Made by a program: the position numbers and the translations under genes
Assembly: GCA_043228905.1 (NCBI GenBank)
Contig: JBHGNT010000018.1
Span: 5,828,001 to 5,892,000 of the forward strand
Direction: 5' to 3'
Source: Azolla caroliniana
Taxonomy: Eukaryota; Plantae; Polypodiophyta
DNA length: 64,000 nucleotides
Shown: positions 1 to 13,300 of the stretch, piece by piece
Layout of the letters: each line of letters begins with the position of its first letter
Numbering within the stretch: the stretch's first letter is position 1
The notes under the pieces: generated by a model
The model's input: the letters and a program-made list of their open reading frames with translations, nothing else
What the model was told of the DNA's origin: nothing
Databases searched by the model: none

Positions 1-2163
1 CATGTTAACTTCACGGATGCGACTTAGTGCATCAGTGACAATGTTCATGGAACCTTTACGATATCGAATGGAAAAATCAAAGTCCTGGATGAGATCAGTC
101 CATCATGCCTTACGACCTTTCAGGTCTTGTTGGTCATAGAAATATTTCAAGGACTCGTGGTTCATAGTTACCACAAAACGATTTCCATAAAGATAATGGC
201 GCCATGTTTTGAACGCATGTATAACTGCAAATAATTCCTTTTCTTGAACAATATACCGACATTGAGGAGAATCAAGTTTCTTACTCTCAAATGCTATTGG
301 TTTACCGTCTTGATATAAGATAGCACCTATACCATAATCGCTTGCATTGGTTTCAACCTCAAAAGGTTTTGAAGGATCAGGTAAAAGAAGCGAAGGAGCC
401 TTGCACACCAGGTCCTTGAGTTCTTTAAAGGAGGTCTAGTGTAGCATTCCACACAATAGGTTTTGTAAACTTATGCATTTGACCTTTTAGAAGATCAGTA
501 AATGGCGTCGTCAATTGGGAGTAATTATGAAGTGATTTTCGCAAAAACCCGACAAAACCAAGGAATGATCAAACTTCTGGAATATTCCAAAGAGTGGGCC
601 AAAGTTTGATTTTCTCGATGCGAGAAGGATCAATTTCAACTCCTCGTTTGGTTATGAGATGTCCAAGATAAGTAATTGATTTCTTGAAGAACTTGCATTT
701 TGAGATCTTCGCATAGAATTGCTTGTCACGCAATGTTTGCAAAACAAAGCGGACATGTTTAGCACGTTCTTCTAATGTACGACTATAAACTAGAATATCA
801 ACCAAGAAAATAAAGACAAATATTCCAAGTTGTTCTCAGAAAATGTCATTCATTTCTTGTTGAAATGTGGCCGGAGCATTGGTCAAACCAGAAGGCATAA
901 CCAAAAACTCATAATGGCCATAGCGCATACGAAATGATGTTTTAGGAACATCTCCTCACTTATACGAATTTGATGGTAGCCCGTACGGAGATCAAGTTTC
1001 GTAAAATACTAAGCTCCCTAAAGACCGTCAATTAGATCATCAACCCGGGGCAATGGATATGAATTCTTGATCGTCACTTTATTCAAGCGTCGGTAATTAA
1101 TACACATACGCCATGTGCCCTCTTTCTTTTTTTACCAAGAGAACAGGTGCACCCTATGGAGATATACTATAACGTATATAACCCATTCGTAAATAGTCAT
1201 TGACTTGGTTAGATACCTCATTCTCTTCCGATCTACTAAAGCAATACAGAGGTCTTATTGGTGCAACACTAGGTACAATATATATACGATGGCCTATATT
1301 ACGTTTAGGAAGTAACCCATGTGGTAGTTCACTTGGAAAAACATCACGAAAATCATTTAAGATTTCATTGAGTTGTTGTTGTTCCAAATATGATAATTGA
1401 ACTGAGACATTATCGATATTGTAAATGTGAATGTTTGGATCAAGTACACAATAAAATAAAGTAGAACAAGAAAACTCGGATATTGATGGAGAGGAAACAA
1501 TCGAAAGAGATTGTTGTTTAACACATTGAATAAAATGAGTACAATTGTTCAATACAAAATAAATTGAATGATGAACCCAGTCAATAGATAAAGAAGAGTT
1601 TTTATTAAAAAACCTGGGATAACCCAATATTACATTAGTGGTACAAAGATTCATTACATGGAAGTCTACTTCCTCTATATAAGTATCAATAGAAATTCCT
1701 AATGAATGAATCACCCCATTGAGGTATTGTACTCTTCCATCAGCCAAGTGCATCCTATAGGTGTGATCACTTACGGTGGGTTGGATTCCCCATATATGAA
1801 CCAAACGATCATTCACAAAATTGTGTGAGCTTCCCGAATCAAATAAAAATTGTATGGGAGATCCATTGATATACCTGTTTGCACGTAGTAAATCATTGGG
1901 TCCCAATACATAGTGAGGGAAAGAACATTGACAATTACTTAAATGATGTGTATAGACCTCAAGGACATTAGGAATCTGACCTTTATGGTCTGCAACTTTT
2001 GCTTTGTTGTCGTGCTCTTTCTGTTGGAGCTTTTGACATTGTTCTTTTGTATGGCATTTTTTTTTGCAGAATACGCAAAAAGGATGTTTTCGCTTACAAT
2101 CGCGATCCATGAATTCGTTGGGTTTCTGTTGTAGGTGAGAGAAATCATGAAGATATTGACAAG
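1..2163 (-). pseudogene. pol: Ty3/gypsy (chromovirus-type) gag-pol remnant: zinc knuckle, protease, RT, RNase H; runs off the left edge
   Basis: ORF pieces in gypsy order PR-RT-RH: CVFCKKKCHTKEQC knuckle and FLFDSGSSHNFV protease (1154-2110); RT (LVYSRT..KCKFF..YLGH, 569-805); RH (ETNASDYGIG..EKELFAVIHAFKTWRHYL, 103-408). Stops and frameshifts present. Confidence 0.93.
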
Positions 2164-2773
2164 CATTGACGGGTGGGGGGTGGTGCTTAGAATGGCTTCA
2201 CCCCCCTCCCAAGGGGGTTCAACATAAGAGAGAAGGAAGAGAGAGATTGAGAGAAAGAGGTTGAGAGAGAAATCTTCCTTTCATCCTTCATTCATTCCCC
2301 ATAAGGGGTTAAACAGTTACAAAAGGGTAGATACATAGGGGTGCAAGCCCCCTTAGACATTCACACTAATCACTCACTCACATGTCCTCGTATCCATCCA
2401 CATGTACACATGTGTGCATGTGTACACATACATAATTACCCACGCTCACAATTACACTTACACATTTACACATACACATAAACAACATTATAACATTCGA
2501 CCCTCGCTCTCCGTACATCTCGTGCGGTAATACATTATGGCATGCCTGTGGGAGAGTGCCTTGCACGTCAATCCCACATGCCTTGATCGTCATCTTTCTT
2601 CAACCAGAACTTCCATCGGTCCTCTCATCGATTGACTCTCTCGATCAGAATGCTTGACTCGAACATCTCCTTCGGTTAGCGAATCTTCCTCGACACGAAC
2701 AATCTCATTCTGTCAGCTCACGAATGTTGGTATCATCATTCGGGTCTTCAAAAAAAGTTGCGTGTATGTGTAT
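2164..2773 (-). mobile_element. LTR (~2164-2534) plus adjacent internal sequence of a gypsy-related element related to the 19513-22716 element
   Basis: Shares GGGTGGGGGG..AGAATG.CTTCACCCCCCTCCCAAGGGGGTT, a CA-rich tract and a GGTAA end with LTR 19513-19839. It is followed by the same TGGCA..TGTGGGA..GTGC..GCAC motif (2538-2577) and by sequence similar to 19900-20040. Confidence 0.75.
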
Positions 2774-2778
2774 CTTCC

Positions 2779-3223
2779 TATGAAAGTTAGTGTGCGGAAG
2801 CTTTGACAAAACCGGTTTAGTCGGGTAGCGATAGAAAATAAAACAAGTTCAATGGAACCTTGAGAGTACTTAGCATACACAAGAGAAACAGAGAGAGAGC
2901 AGAACCTAAAACTCAATTCAAAAAATAACAATCCTCTGTACATAGAATGTGCTCAGAGAGCACCTTTATACAAGTCCATAAAGGACTAACAGAAGTACTG
3001 ACAAGTACTTCAATGTTCATACGAGTAACTGACACTGAATCCCAAAAATATGCCTACATACTAGGTTGGATCCGTAGGCCTCTAACGGCCTACCGGTTTC
3101 AATATGATCCGGCTCCTGGTTCTAGATATCATCCGAACACCGATTTGGTTCTCCGTTCCGGATACCGATCCAACTCTAGCTTATTCAACTGATCCGGATC
3201 TGGTTGAGCTTGCTCAATCAACA
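2779..3223 (-). repeat. Copia family-A LTR (3' LTR of A1)
   Basis: Aligns with 37804-38094 joined to 51883-52032; ends ..TCAACA. Confidence 0.85.
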
Positions 3224-4081
3224 CTTTCGGGTCCGGTTGAGCTTGCTCAATTAGTAGGCCCATCTCAGCTCCTTCACTGCTATGACTCCGACGCTTGTCG
3301 ACCCATCGGTTCCTTCGTATTGGTGTCAACTTCCGTTGCCTCTTGTCCGCTTGGCCTTTAGTTGATCTGGCTCCTTCGAATCAAATTGTTAAACCAAATC
3401 GGCTTCCTCCGATTGGTTCCAGCTTTGGTCCGAATCGGTTGCCTCCGATTCGTTCCGGCTCTGGTCCGAGTTGGTAGTCTCCAACTCGTCTTCCGTTTTT
3501 AGGCCCATCACCACATCAGACCACGTCTAGGTCTTGGCCTTCTTCCGATAGGCTCTGTCCTTCTTGAGTTTGTCACTGCTGCCGCTTGCTCTGACTTGTT
3601 TGGACGTATCGACTTTTCTAGTTGACTCGACTTCCTTTTTCTTCTTATCTTCCCCTGTCTTGGTTCGTTCCTCTTTCTCTCCGACTCCTTGTACGGTGCC
3701 ATTGTTGAGAGACAAGCTCAACATCGGCCAGATCGGTTGGAAACCGGTACGCAGACCGGTGCGTAGGAAGGCCGGATTGGTGCAGAAACCGGGAGGCCAT
3801 CGGAAAGATATTCCACAAGGAATATATTTGGGAGTTAGTGTAGGGGCTCCTTAATGAGCATTGAAGTACTGTCAGTACTTCTGTTAGTTCGAAAAGGACT
3901 TGTATAAAAGTTTTCATTGAACACACATGATGTACAGATCGAGTATTATTTTTGAATTAAGTTCTAGTGTTTACTCTCTCTTTGTCTCTCCCGTGCGTAC
4001 TGTGCAAACCTAAGCTTTCCATTAAACCTACGTTTTCTGTTGTCCGGTTTCCTATATTGCTTCCGCACGCCATTCCTTTCA

Positions 4082-4093
4082 TGGTATCAGAGC
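4082..4093 (+). promoter_or_regulatory. Primer-binding site, tRNA-iMet type
   Basis: TGGTATCAGAGC immediately after the LTR-terminal CA. Confidence 0.95.
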
Positions 4094-4163
4094 GCGAGGG
4101 TTGAGAACCTCTGTAGTCAACTTTGCTTGAAGGAAAAACCAATGAGGAAGAACAAGAAAACCA

Positions 4164-7100
4164 ATGGATAGAGGCATGGCTAGCTCGCTTCTGACGGAGA
4201 AGCTCGACAGAAACAACTATGCATCTTGGTCCTACAAGATGCATCAATACCTGCTCGGGCACGGTTACTGGAGCTATGTCGATGAAGCAAATGACACAGT
4301 ACCCGAATCGACACACAAAGATTTCTTGGTGTAGGAACAGTCAACGAGTAGAGTACTGTACTGCTTCGCGTCTTGTGTGGGCGAACAACTATTAAGCTAC
4401 GTTTGGGATGCAAAAATGCCGAAGGGTGCGTGGGAAAATCAGAAGAAGATCTTCGCCGTGAGCACCATAGCCAGGAAGCTTCAGTTCGGACAGGAGCTGA
4501 GCAACCTACGATAACGTGATTTGTCAATGGCTGACTATACCTCGAAGATCAAGGACATATGCAACTCCTTAGCTTCCATCGATGTGAACATCGAGGAAAG
4601 CGAGATGGTCCAGGTCTGTCTCGGGGGTTTGGCGTCGAAGTTCGGGGCGTTCCGAACTGTTATGTGTACCCGGGAGAACACGCCGTCCTTTTTCGACTTA
4701 CAGTCGATGCTCCTGGTAGAGGAGAACCACGCGGGTGCGTCAACGAGCACACACATCGACAACAAGATGTTGTACACGGAGGGAGATAAGCGCCGTGGAC
4801 GTGGAGGACGAGGCGAGTCGGTGCGCAATGGAGGCGGCCGATGAGATCAAGGAAGGAGGCACCGAAATGATGCCGACAGCAATTCTGGACCCTCCGAAAA
4901 CATGGGGAGTCGAGGCGATGAGAGCCGGCAAGGGAAACCCGCCACGGAATGTTGGTACTGTGGCAAGAAAGGCCACAGGGAGAGCGCGTGCTGGAAAAAG
5001 CGTGCCGAGTCGGAGAGGACCGGTTCCGGATTTGGTTCTGGACATACTGACAAAGGAAACCGGCAGCGATCGCACTATGCCGAAGGATCCGGAAAAGCCG
5101 GAAAAAGGGTCTGCCTTTTTGACGAGACACGAAGCAAACTCAATGAAGCAGAACACCCCGAAATCGGATGAGGTGTGGTACGTCGACTCCAGCGTGTCAA
5201 ATCACATGACGAGCCAGAAGGAGTGGTTCTCGTACATAGAAAAACCAATGCAACCGGGAGTAGTCGCAACCGGAGACAACACTCCGCATCCGATCGCGGA
5301 TGTCTGAGAAGTTCCCCTAAGCCATGTTGGACAGAAAGGGAAACTCATGAACGTGCTACACGTTCTAACAATCATGAAGAACTTGGTGTCGGTCGGACAG
5401 ATCATCGACCAAGGGATGGAGGTCTGGTTTACACACCTCGGGTGCTTCATCGAGGAAGAAGTCCGAGTTATTGTGCAAGGGCGCAGAGATGGGAGGATGT
5501 TCATCCTCGATTCTACTGACGGTGGCACCACAATTTTCACGAAGGGACAAAAAGTCGAGTCAGACATCGACTTATGGCACAAGCGGATAGGCCACGTCAA
5601 CTACCAGCGGCTTCAGGACCTGCAATCGAAACATGTGGTGTTCAGATTGCCCAAATTTGTGAAGCCTACTAGCTTGGGAAGCAACACCGACTTCCTTTCC
5701 CCAACGAGTGTAACCGGAGCCAGAACAAGCTCGATTTGATACACTCCGATGTGTGGGGGCCGGCACAAAACGTTAGTCTTGGCGGGAGCTGATATTTCGT
5801 CTCCTTCATCGATGACTACACGCGGCACACGTGGATCTACCTCATCGAGAAGAAGAGTGAAGTCTTTGACTGTTTTCGGGACCTCAAAGGGTTCGTGGAA
5901 ACGGAAATAGGAAGAAAGATCAAGTGCCTGCGGTCGGATGGCGGAAAAGAATACTTTTCCGGTCAATTCAATGGTTATCTACACCAGATGGGAATTCGGT
6001 GCGAATGCAGTTGTAGATACACGCCAGAGCAAAACGGCATGGCCGAGAGGAAGAATCGGTTGATTGTGGAAGTGGCACGGGCAATGCTAGAAGAAAAGAG
6101 CTTGCCCAAGTTCTATTGGGCCGAGGCGGTACAAACCGCGCGGTATACATCCAAAATCGGATTGGAGACAAAGTGTCAGCGCACGAGCTATATTTCGGAA
6201 TGAAGCCGAACTTGCGACACTTACGAGTTTTCGGTAGCATTGCGTATGTGCATGTGCCAAAGGAGAAACGGAGAAAGCTGGACGCAAAGGCCGAGAAATG
6301 TATCTTGGTTGGTTACTTGGATGAGCAGAAGGGTTATAAGTGTTATAAACCGCGCACCAAACAAGCCCGCGTGAGCCGCGACGTTGTGTTTGATGAGTCT
6401 GCGTCCTGGTACTTGCCTCCGACTCCGGATCTCAACTCCAATCCGAGCTTTGACGATGAGGTCAGCGAGACTATGATGCCTTCAGATGAGCCTGAAATCG
6501 GGCCCGTGAAGAGAGTCCGATTTCGTTTCGGTTAAGTGGACCGAATGGATGAAGGAGTCGGTTCTACCAGTCCAATGAAGAGCCGGGGAGTAGTGGAGAC
6601 TCGGCCATGCATTCCCCGCGCAGGAAGCCGAGGAGACGGCTTACACGCAAAGAGCAAGGGAAGAAGAAGGTGTCAGATTCCGGCACGGATAGGAACGAGT
6701 CCGACCGACGCAAGTGCGACTCCAAGGGAAGCGGTGACGGGTCTTCAAGAGCCAATTCCGCGTTGGCCGAGAAGACCTCGACATCGACTAATGGCCGATT
6801 ACGCCGATCTACCCGCTAGAAGAACCTAGTTGTGCAGTTCGGATACAACGAGTACATGGCGCATCATTATGTGTACATGACCCGTGTAGCGGAAGTGCAT
6901 GAACCGGAGAGCTATGCAGAAGCGGCTAAGAACTCGAATTGGCGTGCCATGATGGAGAAAGAGATGCATGCATTGGCGGAAAACGAGACCTGGGACCTGG
7001 TTGATGCACTGAAAGGTGTGAAGCCGATTGGATGTAGGTGGGTGTACAAGGTCAAGTACAACACCGACGGCTCGGTCAACCGATACAAGGCCCGGTTAGT

Positions 7101-8953
7101 AGCGAAAGGCTAAGCGTAGAAACACGGCATCAACTACGATGAGACGTTTGCATCGGTCGCGAAGATGAGGACCGTCCGTGTTTTGCTCGCGGTAGCTGCA
7201 GCAAAGGGGTGGCACTTACATCAGATGGATGTAAAGATGCGTTCCTGCAAGGTGAGCTTGAGGAATAGGTGTACATGGTACAACCCCCCGGATTTCACTC
7301 TGGAACGAACACGTCGGCAGTGTGCCGATTGAAGAAGTTCCTTTACGGGCTGAAGCAAGCCCCGCGTGCCTAGAACACGAAGATCATGTAGCAACTGCAT
7401 CGGATGGGCTTTGCAACGTCAAAATCAGACTCTTCCCTGTTCATCCGGAAAGGTCAACTCGGGCCAGTTAGTATTTTACTATATGTTGATGACTTGGTCA
7501 TCACCAACGCCAACCTAGGTGAAATGGACCGCGTGAAGCTCTAGCATGCGGCATCATTCGACATGAAGGATCTGGGGGAACTTCATTAATTCCTCAGGAT
7601 CGAAGTGATCCGCACCCCCGAAGGCATACTGATCAGCCAACGTCATTACGCGCTGAATATGATCTTCAAATTCGGGATGGCAGACTGTAAGGCCGTCTCG
7701 ACTCCTCTGGATAGAACCATCAAGCTTTACCTCGAGTCCGGAAAGGTATGTGACCAAACGAGGTTCCGATAGATAGTCAGCAGCCTTATATACTGACCAT
7801 CACCCGACCAGATCTTAGTTACCTGGTCGAGGTGATTAGTCAGTTCATGGCGCGACCGACTGAGGAACACCTTCAGTGTGCACAACGCGTACTCCGGTAC
7901 GTCAGTGGCTCTAAGGACTGGGGGCCACTATATTGGTCCGATACAGCCCCGCAGTTAGTCGGCTACACCGATGCCGACTGGGCCGGCAATGTTGCCGATC
8001 GCCGATCCATGTCCGGTTTCGCGTTCTCTCTCGGGAGTGCCGCAATCGCGTGGAGTAGCAAGAAGCAGCCGACAGTTACGTTGTCGAGCACCGAAGCCAA
8101 GTATAGAGGAGCGGTTGTCACGACATGCGAAGCTATATGCTTGAAGTGGCTACTTAAGGATCTGCAGGTGGAGGTGTCCGATCCAACGACTATCTGCTGC
8201 GACAACCTCAGCAGCATCCAACTCGCCAAGAACCTTGTTTTCCACGCCCGGACTAAACACATTGAGGTGCACTACCATTTCGTTTGTGAACGTGTTCTCT
8301 TCGGTGAAGTCAAACATCAATATGTTCCGACAGATCGGCAGACCGCCGACATCTACACCAAGCCTCTAGGTCTAGACAAGTTGCCGCATTTCTCGGGTGC
8401 GCTTGGGTTGCGTCACCTCGACGTGCCGAACTTGAGGGGGAGAGATGTCCCGAATGACCACGGAAGGGGAAGGGAAGACTATGATGCCGAGTCGGATGAC
8501 GAATTCGATTTCGGATCGACTGAAGAAGTCGAGGGCGGACCCGCAGAAGATTCCGGAAGCGGACATAAGGGGAGCAGTCGAAAGGAAGAGACGAAGCCAA
8601 CCAAGTGTGGGGGAGACAAAGCCATCAAGGGCAAGAAGACCGAAGACGAGTTGGAGACAGCCAACTCGGACGAGAGCGAAAACCGATCGGAGGAAGCCGA
8701 GTCGGTTTGGATGTTTGATTCAGATACGCTGAATCAACCAAGGGCCAAGTGGAAGAGAAGGTAGTAGAAGAGGCACCAACACCGCAACAACAAGGAAGCT
8801 GAGAAAGGCCGTGTGAGTAGACAAGCCGACCCGAAGGGTCGAGGCGTGCGGAATCGAACAGGCCGAGGAGCGCGAGCGAGATGTGGAGCTAGGAGGAACC
8901 GGAGCAATGGTCCGGAAGATCCCGAAGAGCCTCAAGTTGAGCTTGAGGGGGAG
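4164..8953 (+). pseudogene. gag-pol: Degenerate copia gag-PR-INT-RT-RH polyprotein with an extra charged C-terminal tail
   Basis: CWYCGKKGHRESAC knuckle, WYVDSS protease, LWHKRIGH, RSDGGKEY and TPEQNG integrase, [29 protein letters not shown] RNase H; many TAG stops and frameshifts. Confidence 0.95.
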
Positions 8954-9362
8954 TGTTGAGAGACAAGATCAACATCGGCCGGATCGGTTGAGCAAGCCGA
9001 GGACCGAATCGGTTGGAAACCGGTACGCAAACCGATGCGTAGGAAGGCCAGATTGGTGCAGAAACCGGGAGGCCATCGGAAAGATATTCCGCAAGGAATA
9101 TATTTGGGAGTTAGTGTAGGGGCTCCTTAATGAGCATTGAAGTACTGTCAGTACTTCTGTCAGTCCAAAAAGGACTTGTATAAAAGTGTTTATTGAACAC
9201 AGATGATGTACAGATCGAGTATTATTTTTGAATTAAGTTCTGGTGTTTACTCTCTCTCTATCTCTCCCGTGCGTACTGTGAAAACCTAAGCTTTCCATTA
9301 AACCTACGTTTTCTGTTGTTTGGTTTCCTATATTGCTTCCGCACGCCATTGCTTTCAGCCAT

Positions 9363-10365
9363 TACCCATTTCGGTTCCCGTTCTCCCCCTCAAGTGCGGC
9401 ACGTTGTGATACTGAATGCTGAGCATCTCCAAAAAGTTCTGCAACTTGTCCGATCCGAGCGGCTTGGTGAAGATGTCAGCAACCTGTTGATTCGTATGAA
9501 CATACCAAAGTTCAACTTCACTGCTCAAGACCCGCTCACAGACAAAGTGATAATGCACTTTTATGTACTTTGTCTACGCATGGAATACAGGGGTCTTGGC
9601 GAGCTGTATGCTGCGTACGTTGTCAGGGTAGATCAGGATTGGGGTCAGCACCTCGATCCGGAGTTCTTGCAATTGTCGCCGAAGGTAGATGGCTTCACAG
9701 GTGGCAATGGTAGCCCCCCAGTATTGAGCCTCAATGCTCGACAGAGCCACTGTTGGCTGCTTTTTGTTGTTCCACACAACAACCGTGCTACCAAAAGAAA
9801 ACATATAACTAGAGGTGGATCGGCGATCCGATGCATCACTGGCCCAATCGGCATCCGTATATCCAATTAGCTTCCTAGCTATACCATGTCGGTATAACAG
9901 TCCCTAGTCCTTCGTGCCGTTGACATATCGCAATAGTCGATGCGCGCACTGAAGGTGCTCTATGGTTGGCTTCTGCATAAACTGGCTGGTCACTCCGACT
10001 GGATAACTGATGTTGGGTCTGGTGATTTTCAAGTAGATAACGTTTCCGAAAATTTGTCAGAACCGTTTCTTATCACAGGTTGGTCCGGAGTCGGGACGTA
10101 GCTTTAGGTTCCGGTCCAAGGGTGTGGAGATCAGTCGGCATTCTGTCATGCCAAACTTGTACAACATATTCAACACATAGTGTCTTTGTCAGAGCATTAT
10201 GCTGTCGGAGGTCCGGATCACCTCGATCCCAAGAAAATAATGAAAGGTCCCCCAGGTCCTTCATTTCAAATGCGTCCGACAACTAGGACTTCACTCTGCT
10301 GATTTTAGCGAGTCCGGGTATGGTGATGACTAAATAATTTACATATAGCATGATACAAACCGAAT
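9363..10365 (-). pseudogene. pol: Copia RT C-terminus/RNase H remnant (host A1)
   Basis: FEMKDLGDL, KKQPTVALSSIEAQY, HYHFVCERV..ADIFTKPL. Continues across A3 into 3224-3702. Confidence 0.9.
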
Positions 10366-13300
10366 TGTAAAAGAATACGTGTGCGGAAGCATGTGCGTAA
10401 ACACAGAGTACACAGTTTAGAAATGAGACAGTTCGGTAAGCGCAGAAAACACAGAGATGGAGAGACAGAGAGAGAGCAGACAACTCAGTTATATTTCAAA
10501 AATAATGACGCTCTGTACATTCTTCGTGCTCAGTGACCACCTTTTATACAATCCCCGACTATCGGGCTGACACAAGTACTAACAATACTTGACTGCTCAT
10601 AAATAAGCCTACTACACTAACTCCCAAAATTATTCCTTACGGGGAATACCATACTAATGGCCTTTTGGTTTACGCACTGATACGGCCAAGTTGTGCGTAC
10701 TAACTTACGCGTCCAGTCTACGCACTGGGTTACATGCTGTATTACGCACCCAATGTTGAGCTTGTTACTCAACAATCCCCCTCAAGCTCAACTTGAGGTT
10801 CCGTCTGCTCTTCCAGATCTATGCTCCGGTTTCTTCTGGCTTCACGCCTTGCTCGCGCTCCTCGACCCGTTCAATTTCGCACGCTTCGACCCTTCCGGTC
10901 GGCTTGTCTGCTCGTTCGGCCCTTCTTAGCTCCTTTGCTGTCATGGTGTTGGCGCGTCCTTCGCTGCCCATTCCTTCACATGGCCTTCAATTGATTCGGC
11001 GTATCCGAATCGAACATTCCGATTGAATGAAACACTTCCGATTCAATTCCTCTCTCATCGGAATTGGCTGTCTCCAATTCGTCTTTAGTCTTTAGGCCTT
11101 TGACAATGTTAGACCAGGTCTTGGTCTTGGCCTTACCTCCCCCTGTTTGGGCTGTCCTCGGCTATTCCCTACGATTATGACCCTTCTTCTCTTCTTACAC
11201 TTCTTTAGCTGGTTCGAAATCGAATTCTTCGTCTGATTCCTCATTACGGTCACTTCCACCATGATAAATACCTCCGCTCCTTTCACGCTCTTGTTCCTAT
11301 TGTTCCTTTCTCCCCCTCAAGTTCGGCGTGTCGAGGTGACGCAACCCTAGCTCACCCGAGAAATGCCGTAACTTGTCGAGACCAAGAGGCTTGGTGAAGA
11401 TGTCGGCAACCTACCAATTCGTCGGAACATACGCTAGTTCAACTTCACCTGAAAGGACCCGCTCGCGGACAAAATGGTAATGCACCTCAATGTGCTTGGT
11501 CCGGGTGTGGAATATAGGGTTTTTCGCAAGGTGGATGCTGCTGAGGTTGTCACAAAAGATCGTCGTCAGATCAGACACCTCTACATGCAGATCCAGTAAT
11601 AGCCGATTTAGCCAAATGACTTTGCATGTAGCGATAGTCGCCCCTCGATACTCGACCTTCGTGCTCGACAATGCTACTATCGCCTGCTTCTTATTGCTCC
11701 ACGCGATCGTTGCACTTCCTAATGAGAAGGCGTATCTAGATGTGGATCTACGATCACTAGCGTTTCCGGCCCAATTGGCATTAATGTAGCCAACCAACTG
11801 TTCGGCTACGCCTGCTTGATATAGCAACGCCATGTCCTTCGTGCCGCTTACATATTGCAATATCCTTTACGCGCACTGAAAGTGTTCGGCCATAGGTTGC
11901 AACATAAATTGACTGATTAAGCCGACAGGGTAGCTGAGATCCGGCCGAGTAATCGTCAAATAGATGAGGCTTTTGACAATTTGTCGAAACTGTGTCGGGT
12001 CGCATGCCTTTCCCGAATCTCGGCGAAGCTTTGCATTTCTATCTAGAGGGGTCGAGATGGGCTTACAGTTTGCCATCCCGAATTTGAAGAGCATATTCAA
12101 CGCGTAATGATGCTGGATGATCAATATGCCTTCGGGGGTACGGATCACTTCGATCCAGAGGAAGTAATGAAGGTCTCCAAGATCCTTCATTTCAAACGAT
12201 GCCGCAAGTTGAGACTTTACACGACGGATTTTGTTCAGGTCGGCATTGGCGATGATTAAATCATCAACATATAACAGAAGGCTTAGCGGGCGGTATTGAC
12301 CTTGCCGAACAAATAGTGAAGAGTCAGACTTCGATGTCGAAATCCCCATCTTCCGCAACCGTTGCGTAATCTTTGCGTTCCAAGCTCGCGGGCCTTGCTT
12401 GAATCCGTAAAGTGACTTCTTCAGTCGGCAAACTGCCGAAGTGTTCTGTTCGGATAGAAATCCGGGGGGTTGTACCATGTACACATGTTCCTCAATATCG
12501 CCTTGCAGGAATGCGTTCTTTACATCCATTTGATGTAAATGCCACCCCTTCGCCGCTGCTACGGGTAGTAGGACACGCATGGTAGTCATCTTCGCGATCG
12601 GCGAGAAGGTCTCATCGTAATCCACGCCATGCTTCTGCACGTAGCCTTTCGCAACTAATCGGGCCTTATATCGGTTGACCGAGCCATCGGTGTAGTACTT
12701 GACCCTGTACACCCACCTACATCCAATCGGCTTCACACCCTTCGGTGTGTCAACCAGGTCCCACGTCTCATTCTGCGTTAAAGTGCGCATCTCTTCCTCC
12801 ATTGCGGCACGCCAATTTGCCTCTTTCGCTGTTTCTGCTTAGCTCTCCGGCTCACGCACGTCCATCACTCGCATCATGTATGCGTAATGGTGTGAAATGT
12901 ACTCATTAAATCCGTATCTCAGTTTGATCGGCGTGATTCGTGATTACCCGCTTTCACGACCTTGTCGGCTACTGTCAACCTCTTCCGTGGAGGTTCCTTT
13001 TCAGTTTGCTTGTAGTCAGACTCGCTCAGATCTAACTCGGCACTGCCGAAGTCATATTCCGGTATTTTCTTCTTGCCCTTCTCTTTACACGTAAACCGTC
13101 TCCTCGATTCTTTATGCGGGGACATCACGACCGAGTCTCCACTACTCGCCGTCTCTTCAATAGGTTGGGCAATTCGGCTCAACCTTCATTTGGCCCACTT
13201 AGCCGAAATGAGATTGAACTCTCTCTCAGAGCTCCGATTTCCTCATAATGCAGAGGCATCTCAGCCTCACTGACTTCTTCCTCAAAGTTCGGAATGGAGT

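Larger units (their letters stand above)
3703..9357 (+). mobile_element. Full-length Ty1/copia element 'A3' (LTRs 3703-4081 and 8954-9357)
   Basis: TG..CA LTRs are nearly identical (25-bp indel). Perfect TSD GCCAT (3698-3702/9358-9362); PBS TGGTATCAGAGC at 4082; PPT TTGAGGGGGAG at 8943-8953. Confidence 0.97.

Noticed and set aside
4535-5600. Numerous antisense or overlapping ORFs across the copia elements
   Set aside because: They are shadow frames of GC-rich gag-pol with no independent motifs.
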